A stretch of DNA of 64,000 nucleotides, taken from the NCBI RefSeq assembly GCF_009914755.1, contig NC_060934.1. One strand, written 5' to 3'. The notes under the pieces were generated by a model. The model searched no databases and was not told the DNA's origin. It saw nothing but the letters and a program-made list of their open reading frames with translations. The translations under genes were made by a program, and so were the position numbers. This DNA comes from the human T2T-CHM13v2.0 reference genome, Homo sapiens. Below, one piece after another: positions 43,083 to 59,088 of this stretch; the first letter of the stretch is position 1; each line of letters starts with the position of its first letter.

Positions 43083-44405
43083 GGAATTCTGTGTTTTTAA
43101 TATTTGTTAAAGTTTGTTTTATGACCCAGCATATCATCCCTTTTAGTAAATACCCCATATGTTGAAAATAGGTAAATTCTCTATTGTTAGGTGCAATGTT
43201 CCATAAACAGACAATATTTCATAATTCTATTAATCTTTTATAATTAGGTAAACTCTTTAGATTCTATTTGTTAGATCTTCTCTGTTCCTTCTTATAGTTT
43301 TCTCTTTGTTCTGTTAGCTATTGAAGGAGATATATTGAAATCTACATAATCTGAAGATTTGTTTGATTGTGAATTCATGTTTCTCCATATTAAACTTTTG
43401 CTTAATATGTTTTGAAAGAATGTTTTTGTGAATGTTGATTTTGAAATGTTAAATATATTCCTTTATATATTTTTCTTTACATCTCATAGTTTTTTTTTTT
43501 TTTTTTTGGCCTGAACATCTACTATGTTTATAGTATTACTGCAAATTCATGTCAGCTTTGTTTTGGTTAGCTTTGCATGACATATCTATTTCTATCCTTT
43601 TACTTCCAATATTTCTGTGTTTTGTATGCAAGTTTTGTTTATTGCAAGAAACAAATAACTTGGTTTTTCTTTTCAATCTAGTCTAAAAATATTGATCTTT
43701 TTCTTGAATAATTTAGTTCATTTAATGTAATGACAGCATAGTTGAGTTTTATGTACCATCTTACCATATTTTTAAAAAACTTTGAACCAGTAGACATGTG
43801 TTTCAATTTCTTTCCTTGCTGTTTGGCGACTAATGAAACTTTTAAAATTATTTTATTTTCCTTATGTTTATTATATATTTTTGGACCATTCTGTTAGTGC
43901 TGTTTTGAGATTACAACATATGTTCTTAATATATTATATTATAAATTTTTTTCACTTTCCTATGAATATTAGAAAACTTTAACTCCATTTAATTCTTCCA
44001 GTTTCTTGCGTTGTTCTTGTCAGGAAATTTTTACATAATTTTAAATTTCATATTAATTAACCATATTATTTTTTATAGTCAAAATTCACTTATATTTTAC
44101 TTGGATTTTTGTCCTATTACTGTTCCTTTTCTATATTTTAGCCCAATTAACTACTATTAGTATTTCTTCAAGTGCAAGCATGCCAGTGATGACATCTCTG
44201 AGTTTTTACTTGCCTTAAAACATCTTTATTTTACCTTTATTTTTGGAGACTATTTTTCTTTTGTGTAGACGTTTGAAAAATAATTTTCAGTTATTTTATT
44301 ACACTATGTAAAAGATATATATCCACTGTCTTCTGGATTCCCATAATTTTTCTTGGAAAGTCAGGAATTCTTCTATTTAAGGTAACTTTTTTATCCCTCC
44401 GGCTA

Positions 44406-44640
44406 TTTTTTTTTAATTTTATTATTATTATACTTTAAGTTTTAGGGTACATGTGCACAACGTGCACATTTGTTACATATGTACACATGTGCCATGTTGG
44501 TGTACTGCACCCATTAACTCGTCATTTAGCATTAGTTATATCTCCTAATGCTATCCCTCCCCCCTCCCCCCACCCCACAACAGTCCCCGGTGTGTGATGT
44601 TTCCCTTCCTGTGTCCATGTGTTCTCATTGTTCAATTCCC
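44406..44640 (-). mobile_element. Young L1PA (about PA2-PA4) 3' end
   Basis: 'attatactttaagttttagggtacatgtgcacaacgtgc...ctcattgttcaattccc'. Confidence 0.95.
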
Positions 44641-45044
44641 TTTGCTCTCATCAGTTTTACTAAAATGTGCCTAAGGGTGGTTCTCCATTCTTCATTCACA
44701 GTTCACTATGTGCTTAGTTTGAATATCTCCAACAACCTGTTTTTCTGTTTCCCAGTTTTGTGTTCTGGTGTGTGTGCTATGCAGTTCAATCTGTCCGTTA
44801 CTTCCTTAATTTCTGATTTTGCACTTTTGAGGTCTAGGATTTCCATTTGATTTTTAAAAAATATTTAGATTCTCTTGGGCAAGTCTAATCATTTGTTCTA
44901 TTTTTCTCTTTTCCTCTATTGTCTTAAACATATCAATAATAGTTATTTTAAAATTCTTATTACTTCAATATCTGTATCACCTATTAGCTTTTTCCCATTC
45001 TATGTTTTCTCCCCTTGGTATTAAGCCCTATGATATTCTTTCTT

Positions 45045-45542
45045 AATGTCATAGATTAAAGATATCACAGATGCTTTCCTGTTTGTCCCACTGATCAAGG
45101 AAGTCTGATTCCTTTGTCCCTGAATTCAGACTGGCCCTAGTTATTTGCTTGACCAACAGAAGGTGGTGAAAGTGATATTCTGGACTTTCAAGATTAGGTC
45201 ATAGGAAATATTTCAGTTTCCTCAATCTCTTCTAACACTTGTAAACTAGCGATATTTTGTGAGGAATCCCAAGCAGCCCCTGGAGAAGCCTATGTGTAGA
45301 GAAACAAAGACTCCCATCAAACTACTACCATTGAGTTCACAAGCAACAGCCAGCACTATTTGGTGTACATATGAGAGTCACCTTTGATGCACACCCTCCA
45401 GCCTAAGTTGATCTGCCCAAGCTGAAGCTGTGTGGTTACATTGCTCATGCTGCAGATAATAGAAACAATACATGATTCTTGAATGATTTTAAACCACTGA
45501 GGTCTGGTGTAGTTGGGTAAATACCAATAAATAACCGGAACA
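45045..45542 (+). mobile_element. MLT1 (G/H-like) LTR
   Basis: 'ttgcttgaccaacagaaggtggtgaaagtgat...ttttaaaccactgagg...aataaccggaaca'. Confidence 0.7.
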
Positions 45543-45999
45543 TTTGGAATTCCTTATAGCTATTAAATATTGCACATTATGTAAGAGAAAATACAGAGGC
45601 TCATGGTAATATTATATTTCACCAGAAAGGAGTCAATCTTTACCAGAGAATAGGGAAGAGGACTAGGTACATTTTTTAAGTGAAGGAATGGGCTGTGTTG
45701 AGATTAGATTGCAGTTTTATAAAGCTGTTTCCTCTAGCTCAAACCTGTTTGTAAGGCACAGCCCTCTACAGTTCTTAAGCTCCCATTCAACATAAATTTA
45801 GGCTTCTGAAAATGAGAAAGAAACTGTCTGTGTGTTGGTATTTTCAAGTGTCAGCCAAAAGTTTACCTGGTTTTACTAACTTATCAATGGCCGTGTTCCT
45901 TGGCCGAGCCTAGATTCCCAGTTGGTAGTCCACATCAAGAATCACAAAGTGCTTCCCAGAGAAAATCAGCTGTATACCCTTAGCTTGCTTTTCAGAGGT

Positions 46000-46385
46000 T
46001 GATATGGTTCGGCTCTAAGTCCCCACCCAAATCTCATGTGGCATTGTAATCCCCAGTGTTAAGGAAGAGGCCTGGTGAGAGGCGATTGGATTATGGGGGT
46101 AAATTTCTCATGAATGAGAACCACACCCCCTTGGTACTGTATAATGAGTGAGTTCTCACAAGATCTGGTTGCTCAAAATGTATAGCACCTATGCACCCCC
46201 CACCTGTTGCCTGCTTTCTCTTTGCCTTCAGCAATGGTTATAGGTTTCCTGAGGCCTCCGCAGAGGCAGAAGCCACTATGCTTCCTGTACAGTCTACAGA
46301 ACTGTGAGCTAACTAAACCTCTTTTCTTTATAAATTACCCAGTCTCACGTATTCCTTTATAGCAATGCAAGAATGAACTAATACA
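46000..46385 (+). mobile_element. MaLR solo LTR, MSTA
   Basis: 'tgatatggttcggctc...gaactaataca'; TSD gaggt at 45995-45999 and 46386-46390. Confidence 0.9.
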
Positions 46386-46417
46386 GAGGTACTCTCCACT
46401 CCATAGCTTTGCCCCCT

Positions 46418-46778
46418 TGCTGTGGTCAAAATGCCTGGGTCTTCCCTAAATTCATATGTTGAAATCCTCACCTGCGATGTGATGGTGCTAGGAAGTGGGG
46501 CCTTTGGGAGGTGATTAGCTCATGGGGATAGAGCCCTCATAAATAGAATTAGTGCCCATAAAGAAGAGGCCCCAGAGAGACACCCTGCCCCATCCAACAC
46601 ATGAGAACACAGCTAGGAGGCACTGTCTATGAACCAGGAAGCGAGCCCTCACCAGACACTGAATCTGCTGTGATCTTGTACTTCCTAGCCCCCAGAACTG
46701 TCAGAAATAAAATTCTATTGCTCATAAGCTACCCAGTTTTTAGTACTTTGTTATAGCAGCCAGAACAGAATAAGACCA
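46418..46778 (+). mobile_element. MaLR solo LTR, MLT1A0-like
   Basis: 'aattcatatgttgaaatcct...gccctcaccagacactgaatctgc...ttgttatagcagcc'. Confidence 0.85.
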
Positions 46779-47274
46779 TCCCTCTAGTCCTCATTACTTA
46801 CACAGATTTCTGATGACTTTACATAGAGAATTATTGTCTTTCATCTGGCTTTTCAAGTAGTTCTTAAGGGGATTGTTGTTTTACAAAATTCTACAGCGTA
46901 GCCAGGAGTAGACATTCTGTTAACCGATTTTAATCCTTATAGTAATTAGAGAGAAAGATACTGTCATTTTTCACAATGATGGCTGAGAAAATATCCTCTG
47001 AAAAATTAAACAACTCACCAACGGATGCACAATAACTTGATCAAGGTTCTACAGAAAGTGGGCAAGTCTCAATTCTAACTCATATCTGTCTTCAGAATCT
47101 GTGTTTTTAAGCAATAAGTTATATTTTTCTAGTATTTTATTCAGAATATAAAATTCTAGGTAGGCATAGAGTATTTTTTAATAACCAAAGGAAGCTTCTG
47201 GGGGGTCTTGGCACTAAGAAATAAAAGAAAGTAAAATATATATGGTAAAAATCCCTCCTAGGTCTCTCATGATA

Positions 47275-48006
47275 CTTGGTGTTCATGACCCTGGTGTTTG
47301 TAACGCTGGTGTTCATGTCCCTGGTGTTCATGACGCTGGTGTTCGTAACGTTGGTGTTCATGTCGCTGGTGTTCATGACGCTGGTGTTCATGTCCCTGGT
47401 GTTCATGACGCTGGTGTTCATGTCGCTGGTGTTCATGACGCTGGTGTTCATGTCCCTGGTGTTCATGTCGCTGGTCTTCATGACGCTGGTGTTCATGTCC
47501 CTGGTGTTCATGTCGCTGGTCTTCATGACGCTGGTGTTCATGACGCTGGTGTTCATGTCGCTGGTCTTCATGACGCTGGTGTTCATGTCCCTGGTGTTCA
47601 TGACGCTGGTGTTCATGTCCCTGGTGTTCATGTCGCTGGTGTTCATGTCCCTGGTGTTCATGACCTTGGTGTTCATGTTCCTGGTGTTCATGTTCCTGGT
47701 GTTCATGTCCCTGGTGTTCATGTCGCTGGTCTTCATGACGCTGGTGTTCATGTCCCTGGTGTTCATGTCGCTGGTGTTCATGACGCTGGTGTTCATGTCC
47801 CTGGTGTTCATGACGCTGGTGTTCATGTCCCTGGTGTTCATGTCGCTGGTGTTCATGTCCCTGGTGTTCATGACCCTGGTGTTCATGTGCCTGGTGTTCA
47901 TGTCCTTGGTGTTCATGTTCCTGGTGTTCATGTCCCTGGTGTTCATGACCCTGGTTTTCATGTTCTTGGTGTTCACGTCCCTGGTGTTCATGACCTTGGT
48001 GTTCAT
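47275..48006. repeat. 15-bp minisatellite (VNTR-like), consensus GTTCATGWCSCTGGT, 48 full units at 47281-48000
   Basis: Units read directly; no indels across the array. Confidence 0.98.
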
Positions 48007-49512
48007 ATCTAGTGTTACACTGGCGCTTTCTCACTGTTTCTTTCTGTAAACAAAAGGATCTTGTTGTGATTTCTACATTTTTGTCAGAATTTCACAGATT
48101 AATGTGATTTTCTATGCCTTTTTAAAATCCCAAATACAAATGGGCTTTTTAATGTAATATACTTGGAATTAAGATGAGGTTTATCAAAATGAGTGCAGGT
48201 GTAAGGCATTTGAAATAGCTTTACTTAGATCAACCCACAGCCAGCTATTCTGTCTTTTTACGAGAAAAATACATTCTGTATTATAACCTCTCACTGTTAG
48301 TATTCGGCGGTCACATAATTTAAGAGGTATGTATATCTCTTATATTTGCAATGAAACCCATTGACGTTGTTTGTGAATACAAGGACACTAACGGCACATA
48401 TTAAGGACTATAATATTTGACTATTTTCTGAAGTCAAAGCTAAAACATAGCATATAAATTTAATACAAATATGCTATTACAAAGCTCATATACATCATCA
48501 TCTTTTTGATTTTAAAATAAGAAGTTACTGTGTGTAGTGTAAAAATATATAAAACAATACTTTGGAAATATATATATAAAATTACACACACACACACACA
48601 TTAATGGTTAGTCTGAAAAGTTGGTAGCTTTCTTTTTTCTAATGCAGGACTTCTAAGACTAGTTCCTCTTTGCCTAGACACTTTACATCTATCTTCACAG
48701 ATATTTGAAATTCTTTTGACAAGCATTTATTTTTTTTCATTTTACTGTTTCTGGCAAAATGGACCTTTAAAGGACTGTGTCACCTATTACATGTATTTGC
48801 AACATATTCCAAGTATATTCATGGTGTAAGTTGTAAATGGCAGATATCGAGTGAGGAACAGGATAGCATTCCAGGTATTCAGAAACTTACCTGTGCACCA
48901 TGATGCATTTGTTATCTCAGACATTTGTCTTCCTTCTGTGTTTGAGGTTGTAGGGGAAACAGAAGAGAATGCAGGGTATTCCACCCATTGCCCTGGTTAT
49001 AAGAGACTGAATAACCCTTGTTGCAAAAAGCCAGTATCCAATATATTTAAGTATCCTTTTATCTAGTTGAGAGGTCAATTACAAAGCAACATATTCTCTC
49101 AGAAGAATTTAATTGAGAAATAGAATTGGATTAATCAAGGAGAAAAATTATCCAGGAGAAAAATCAAGTGAGATTACCAAGACAAATTACTGAATAATAG
49201 ATGCCAAACAAGGAAATGGTCATACGGGCATGGGTCAGAAATGTACATGTATCTCGTTTGAAGCTCTGCCAGCAAGAAATCAATAACTAAGTGGCAGATT
49301 AGGTTCTTTAGGGCAAGAATCTAAGGGCAGAACCAAGGATTTACCTAAAAGAAAGAGTTTGCTAAAAGTGACACATAGATTTATTAATTAAAAAAGGAAT
49401 CTAACAGAAAATTTTCTCTCCCTTAAAAGTTATTTTAAAATTCCACTTTTTAGTATTGGCAACTACAGCTTTACCTATCCAGACTGCTAGAATTTAGATA
49501 ATGTAATATTCT

Positions 49513-49985
49513 TGTCCTAGTCCATTAGGGATGTTATTGAAAAATACTATAGACTGTGTGGCTCATGAACTATAGAGACTGATTTCTCAACATTCTGGAG
49601 GCTGGCAGTCTGAGATTAGGGTTCAGCACCATCAGGATCTAGTGATGGCCCTCTTTTGAGTTGTAGACTGCCAACCTTTCATTGTATCTTCACATGGTGG
49701 AAGGGGTGAGGGGTCTCTCATGAACCCCCCACCTTTTTTTTTTTTTGAGACGGAGTCTCACCTTGTCGCCCAGGCTGGAGTGCAGGAGTGCAGTGGCACA
49801 ATCTCAGCTCACTGCAAGCTCTGTCTCCTGGGATGAACCCCTTTAATAAGGGTACTAATCCCATGATGAGGACCGCCCTTATTACCTAATCACCTCCCAA
49901 AGGCCCCATCTCCTAATATCACTTTGGAGGATTAGAATTATAGTATATGAATTTTGCGGGACATAAACATTCAGATTTCTTGGCA
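49513..49985 (-). mobile_element. MLT1A-like LTR interrupted by Alu fragment
   Basis: 'ttctggaggctggcagtctgagattaggg...cctaatcacctcccaaaggccccatctcctaata'. Confidence 0.85.
49734..49832 (-). mobile_element. 5'-truncated Alu (3' about 85 nt)
   Basis: TSD atgaacccc at 49720-49728 and 49833-49841. Confidence 0.9.
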
Positions 49986-51831
49986 TTTTGTGAGTCTCTA
50001 TGATTGGATTCAGATTCTCCATTAGTCTTTACGGTGGTAGTTCTCCAGTGATGGTATCAGTTTCCATATCTCTGGTTTATCTTCAACCACCCTGTTAGGT
50101 CTGGTTTTATGTCACTCTTTTTGTTATAGGTAGAAGCTTTAGAAAAGATTCTAATAATTTGTACAAGCAGAAGTCCAGTTGTACTCTAATCTAAATATCT
50201 TAACTTTGCTTAATATAGCCAAAATCCAACTTAGCTTATAATGATGTCTCTCTTCCTTCTCTACATCCTAACAGAAATTTCTAACATGTATATAGTTCTA
50301 ATGCACAAGCTGATTTTAGTTAAATATTTCCATATCTTAGCACTGCTCTAATATTAAATGCTCTTTTAAGATACAGCCCTTAATTATCATTTTATTCTCT
50401 TCCAGACTTATGCCCAGTGCTTTGACAATAGCAGACCCACAATAGGTTCTCTAAATGAATAAACAACTCCATTATAGTTGCTCAGCACACCAGACATACC
50501 AGAACCTTCTCTCTTATTGTCAGAATTTTTATATACTGCCTTTGTGATGACTATGGAAAAGGCAAAAACAATGCCAAATTTGTTTAAGTAGCAAAAACTT
50601 AATAAGCCCTTCATGTATGTTCGGTACTGCACTTGGGCTTAGGAAACCAAAATTAAATAGGAGAAAATTGAAATTAGGATAAGGTGTAATGAAGTAATTT
50701 TAAAAGATGACCATACTATTTCAGGCCAAAGTTAGAATCCAAAATGTTCCAAATACTTAATTTCTTTTTCCCAAGCTTTCTATAGATAACCTCATCCAAA
50801 ATGTATTAACAGATTTTTTTTTCATAGTACCATCACTGGGGAAGGAATTGAGTGTGTCTTATTACCCCAGTTAGGAGGAGCCGTCCATGACGGAGAGGCT
50901 TTTGCTGTGCCTGTGCTGATAAAAACATGTGGATATTGGAGCAGGAACAAAAACTGAAAAAGAAATGGGTGATACAGTCTTCAGCTTCCAGAAATTGAGC
51001 AAGTTTGCCCTTCTTTGTGTGTTTCAAAACTTTGATTACAAAACAGTGTCTATTTTTTGTTTTCTATGTTATTCTTTGGTATTTACTCCAGCCATTTTTT
51101 AATTGGATAAAAGCCATTTTCTCGCAGAGAAATGCTTAGTTAAGTAGCTTGAATAACATTCAAGTTCATGGTTGCTGACTCTGCTGCAATTTAAATAACT
51201 CTAGTGGTGTTACATTCCTTGTTTTCTAATGCTATTGTGATCTGTTGGAGATTCATATTTCATATCTGACTAAAAGTCAGATAGCCATGTGTTTTATTAA
51301 GATTGTTACAATATATGTTTTAACATTTAATTTGAATTGAAGAATAAATATGACAAACGATAAGGTTCCTAGGAACAAAATGAAATATTTGGCTAGCTCT
51401 ATAAGCTTACATCATTTGCAAAGATAGATATTTGGGGAATATTTACTGTTTGGAGAGTTCTTTTATGAGACATTTAAAGGAAAGCACTAAAATTTGAGAG
51501 GCGTGCATGACGATGTGAGTCTAAAACTGAGTATGGACCTAAAAGAATGGTGTTAGGAAGGTTAGAAACCATACTAAGCCCTGGGGAGAGGCCAGAGAAA
51601 GGATTATTTAGAAGAAGAAGGTCCTCAAATGTTTAAATATCACCTCTGCCAAATCCCAAACTGGAGCTAAAACTCCATATCAGCGTCGATCCCTTCCTTT
51701 CCTTTACCTACAGATTACTTAATCATCATTGTTTTCAAGGTTTAGAACGGGTTTTTTTCCCTCTTTTAAAAAATCGTGCTGTACTGTCACCTAGCAGACA
51801 TCTATCAGCAATGCAGCATCTGGTGTATTAT

Positions 51832-51854
51832 AGTAATGAGAAATTCTCATTACT
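51832..51854. repeat. 23-bp palindrome (11-bp arms, 1-nt spacer)
   Basis: agtaatgagaa-a-ttctcattact. Confidence 0.9.
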
Positions 51855-52018
51855 GACCCCGCCAGACTCACGGCTTCTCAACCAGGCCCCCTTATTGCTT
51901 CCAAATGCATTTCTCTAAAACTCAAATCCAGTATATGCTTTGCTCTGTTTAAAAATACTGACAGCTTTTTCTCTTCCTTTTTATCTTCTCCTTCACCTTC
52001 CCATTTGCCCACTGTTTC

Positions 52019-52376
52019 TGTATTAGTCTGTTTTTACATTGCTGATGAAGATATACCCAAGACTGGGTAATTTATAAAGAAAGAGAGGTTTTATGGACTC
52101 ACAGTTCAGCACAGCTGGGGAGGCCTCACAACCATGGCGGAAGGTGAAAGGCACGTCTTACATGGCGACGAGAGTGAATGAGAACGAAGCGAAAAGGGGA
52201 ACCCCTTATCAAACCATCAGATCTCATGAGATGTATTCACTACCACGATAACAGTATGGGGAAAACTGACCCCATGATTCAATTATCTCCCACCAGGTCC
52301 CTCCCACAACATTTGGGGATTATGGGAGCTATAATTCAGGATGATATTTATGTGGGGACACAGCCAAACCATGTCA
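52019..52376 (-). mobile_element. MaLR solo LTR, THE1 (THE1B-like)
   Basis: 'tgtattagtctg...cagccaaaccatgtca'; near-TSD gtttc / gttcc. Confidence 0.95.
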
Positions 52377-53709
52377 GTTCCCTTCTTGAAAATTAACTCC
52401 AAACCCATTGGGTGGAACCAGGCAAGGTGCGGATCCCTTGAGGGAGGAGAGTGCTATGAAGAGTGAATGTGAGAGGGCCCCAGGGCCCCACAGGGGTGTT
52501 GAAGGCTTGCAGGTGAGGACAGTGCTGACTCTGTAGGGCAGCTGGCTGTAGATGATAGAGCACAGCAGGACAAGGCAGGTGACCACACAAGGAGTGAAAA
52601 GGAGGTGGGCCACGGTGAGGTGTGGGAGCCCAAGCTGAGTGAGAAGGCTATCTGTGCAGGGCTGGTGTGTGAGGCAGTCCTACACAAGGGTTGGAACAAG
52701 GTGAGAAAGGCCACCCTGTGGAAGGCTGTGCACCACAGCATTCAAACCCAAGAGGGAGATGGAGGCTTCTTTCCCTAGTGATATCTGAGCCCAGGCAGGG
52801 TGAGGAGGACTTTCATATTCAGTAGGAATGAGGGTGGACCATGCAGGGTGTGGGAGCCAGAGGAGGGCAGAGGAGGATGCTGGTGGGGTTGGTGGAGGCA
52901 AGCTTGATGGTGGCAAAAAGAAATTGATACCTATAGACAGATTGAGTGTGTAAGTAAGGGAATGAGAATCATGTTTATTAATGTCAGAGGAGAAAACTGC
53001 AAATAGACACAGGGTAGAAAAATAAGCCCTGTGTTACTGAATTGGAGTTAGAGAGGTTGGTATGAACTCAATATATATGTGTAGATAAAGAACAGATGGA
53101 AATGTGTGTTAGTATGTGTGTGTGCATATGTGTACGTATGTATGTATGTACACAGATATAGTCACACATATGCTCCCTATCTCTGTCCACTGAAAAGACC
53201 TGGGGAAAGAGACACCCCAGCAGCAATGAGAAGACCTAGTACTCAGGTCTTGGTTAATAAATAACATTGTCCTCTAAGAGGAACCAGGTTGATTCCAAGG
53301 ATGGGGCAGGGAAATTGTAAGATGGTCTCAATATATCTCGTTTCTAAGACGGAGGAGGTGTGTGCTCAAAAAATGGTAGTAAGGCATAAAAGGGCACAGG
53401 GACCCATGTGAAGGGGCTCCCGCTGGTCAACTATAGGACAATTTGGGTATCTAAATGAATGCTAATAATGCATTATAACTCACTGAATAAGACTGCATAA
53501 AATAGGACTCCAGAAATGAGTTAAAATTCAACAAGGAATAGGAAATACACATCTACAAATATGCCTCCCTACGAAATAATTACTGATTGCATAGAAGTCA
53601 AAAAGCAACTTTACAGTGACAAAGCCTAGCAGATCCCACCTTAATGAAGGGATCGACATTAACATCAAGAGTTTAGGGACAAATCAAAACCTCGTGAACT
53701 GCTGGATAA

Positions 53710-54116
<407 letters not shown>

Positions 54117-55286
54117 TATTAATAACTTCAGTAAAATTCTTATCAAAGATGCATCACTGAACCATAATCATGAAGAGATGCCAGGAAGAACCAACTGAGG
54201 AGCATTCTATATGGTAACGGCCCTGTGCCCTTCAGAAGTGTTCAAGTCAAGGTAAAGAAGGAGAGTCTAGGGAAACAGACTTAAGGAGTTGGAAAGGAAG
54301 TGGTAACTCAGTGCAGCAGGTGATGCTGGACATGGTCCTTTTGCTCTAAAGGGCACTGGCAAAATTTAAATGGGGTTCGAGGATTGGTTGGTAGTAATGT
54401 ATGAATCTTAATTTCCTAGTTTTTTTGGTGGCATTTGCAGGGGAATATCCTTGTTTGTAGAAAATGCAACTAAAGTGTCCAGAAGTTTTCCCAAAAAGAT
54501 GGTTTCAGTGAGTCTAAATAAAGCATGTGTGTTAGACGCACATGCTGGCCCAGTTTACTTTTTTAAACTTACTTTAAACATTCACATCCTACTCTCCAGC
54601 CCATATTGCATATCTTATACTGTCACTTTGGCTTTGATCATGCAGTTTTACCTAATTTTCTTCAACTTTTTCACTTGGGAAACTTTTTGCTCATTAAAAA
54701 TCCAACTTGATGGTGACTACTGTATAAAAACGGGACTCCACTGGTTATCTCACATTGTTCTTTTCTTATTACATACACTACATTCCCTTTCACAAAGTGG
54801 AAGTTAACCCTGAGATTGCAGTGTAATAATTAGTGTATGTTTGTTTTCTCCTTTAGAATGTAAGTTTTCTTTTTTATTATTGATGTACCATTAAATTTCC
54901 AGTGCATAGTACCTATAATATCAGATATGTAGTATATACTAAAACATGTTTTGAACAAAAGAATGTTCTGTGTCAACCTGAAGTGTTTTGTTTGCCACTG
55001 CTATCAGCTCCTCAATCTGCAACAGTAACATTTGGATTAGGTGAGTGTGCAGATATGCTGCTGAACAAAATTTTAGATATCAGTAAATGTTTTAACATAG
55101 GTGATATTTTAAAATATATTTTAATATCTTATGCTTGAAGATCATAAGGGAATCCACTCTCTTATCCCTTTACTTGCTGCCAACAGCTGTCATCTCCTAG
55201 CATATCCCTCAAGTTTCCTTCACAACCACAAATAAATCGAGAGATCTCAGCATCCTCCTCAACAGTCACCCTGGGATTGTAGAGGC

Positions 55287-55468
55287 CAGTGACTCTCAAA
55301 CTTGCATATATATCAGAATCACTTGAAAGGCTTATTAAAACACCTGGGCTCCAATCCTAGAACTTGTGATTTAGTAGATATGGGGCAGGGCCCCCAAATT
55401 TGTATCTCTAACAAGTTCACAGTTGATCCAATGCCACTGTCCTGGCAATCACCCTTTGAGGATCACTG
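55287..55468. mobile_element. MER5A (hAT-Charlie)
   Basis: TIR-like ends 'cagtgactctcaaa' / 'tttgaggatcactg'; 'atcagaatcacttg', 'tctaacaagttc'. Confidence 0.85.
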
Positions 55469-56359
55469 ATCTACATGTATTATCTTGAGGTCAGCTAACT
55501 CTGACCATGACTCACATTATTAATCCTCTCAGTCAGTGTGAAAAAGGGAAGACTTCACCAAGGTCAATCCTTCTTTCCCAGGCAGTCATTTCTACTGGGG
55601 AAGCAGAGGTCATAAACAACATACAAAGCCTCCACTTTGTTATCCCCAGATGGTTTCATCACACCTTGCTTTAATCTCGTAACTGACGTCCCAGCTCTTC
55701 CACCTCACTGGATGTGGGTTACGTTCCCTGACCTGAAGCCCAGCACTCCTCTCCCTGTCCACTTCTCCAGACCCTGCTCTAGTGGAAGCTGACTTTTCTT
55801 CCATGGACTCAGAATCTTAATATCCAGTGAGACTGTGGCATCCCAGGAATTACTCTCTAGTATTTTTACACAAATCTTGACTTCTTTAAGGCTCAAGGCC
55901 TCTCTAACTCTCCAGCTTGATCATCTACATACTGCCTCACTGAAAATGTTGAATTGCGGTATTTATTTTCACTAGGGTGTAGCTATCACAGAGGGAGACT
56001 TCAACACCTAGGCTTTTTGCTTGCTTCTCACTTTCATCGACAATTTCTACTCCCATTCAGTGATTCTGGAGAAGCTCTCCCCTACTTTATTTCAGATACT
56101 CTCTCCTAAAGCAAAGCACTGTGTCTCATCATCTCTGAAATCATGAAATCATGCATATAATTCTTTGATAACAATCTTTCAATATGCTTCATTGCCACTT
56201 AGTATAAAACTCATTGATGCCTCTACCATCTTCCCATAGAGAGGAATTAAAGGACTTCTTTGATTTTATAGACCTTCCCCCTTCCCCTTGTTCTTGTCTT
56301 ACTTTTTCTTCCCTCCATGTATTAAATGCTAAATTCTCACACTTTTCTTAAGCTCACAG

Positions 56360-58400
<2,041 letters not shown>

Positions 58401-59032
58401 CAAAAGTATAATATATCACATTAACAAAAATGTGATATACGATATTAACAGCATGAAAGACAAAACTGAATCTCATTAGATGCAGAAGAAGCATTTGGCA
58501 AAAATCCAACATCCTTTTATGAAAAAAAACTCATGAAATCAGGTGTAGAAGGAATGTACTGCAATGCAATAAAGGCCATAAATAACAAGCTTACAACTAA
58601 CATTATATGCAATGCTGAAAAGCTGGAAGCTTTTCCTCTAAGATGATAAATAAGACAAGGATATCCACTCTTACCCCTTCTATTCAACATGGTACTAAAA
58701 AACCCTTGTCAGAGCAATTAGGCAAGTGAGAACAATAAAAGAAGTCAAAATAGAAAGGCAAGAAGTGTGCCGGGCACAGTGGCTCATGCCTGTAATCCCA
58801 GCTCTTTGGGAGGCCGAGGCAGATGGTTCACTTGAGCTCAGAAGTTCAAGGCCAGCTTGAACAACATGGTAAAAACCCATCTGTACAAAAAAACACAAAA
58901 ATTTGCTGGGCGTGGTGGCAGGCGCCTATACTCTCAGCTACTTGGAGGGCTGAGGTAGGAGGATTGCTGGAGCCTGGATTGCATCACTGCACTACAGCCT
59001 GGGTGAGCTGGGTGACAAGAGAAACACTCTGT

Positions 59033-59088
<56 letters not shown>

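Noticed and set aside
47281-48000. p53 response-element array (GTTCATGTCC)
   Set aside because: Each half-site has two mismatches to RRRCWWGYYY and a 5-bp spacer; too weak to claim without binding data.
47275-48006. CRISPR-like array or genuine protein-coding exon
   Set aside because: Head-to-tail 15-mers with no unique spacers, in a eukaryotic context. Open frames are explained by unit length and composition.
52380-52915. G-rich stretch as a promoter or CpG island
   Set aside because: Purine-rich but almost CpG-free; overlapping short ORFs look random, and it may be a decayed repeat.
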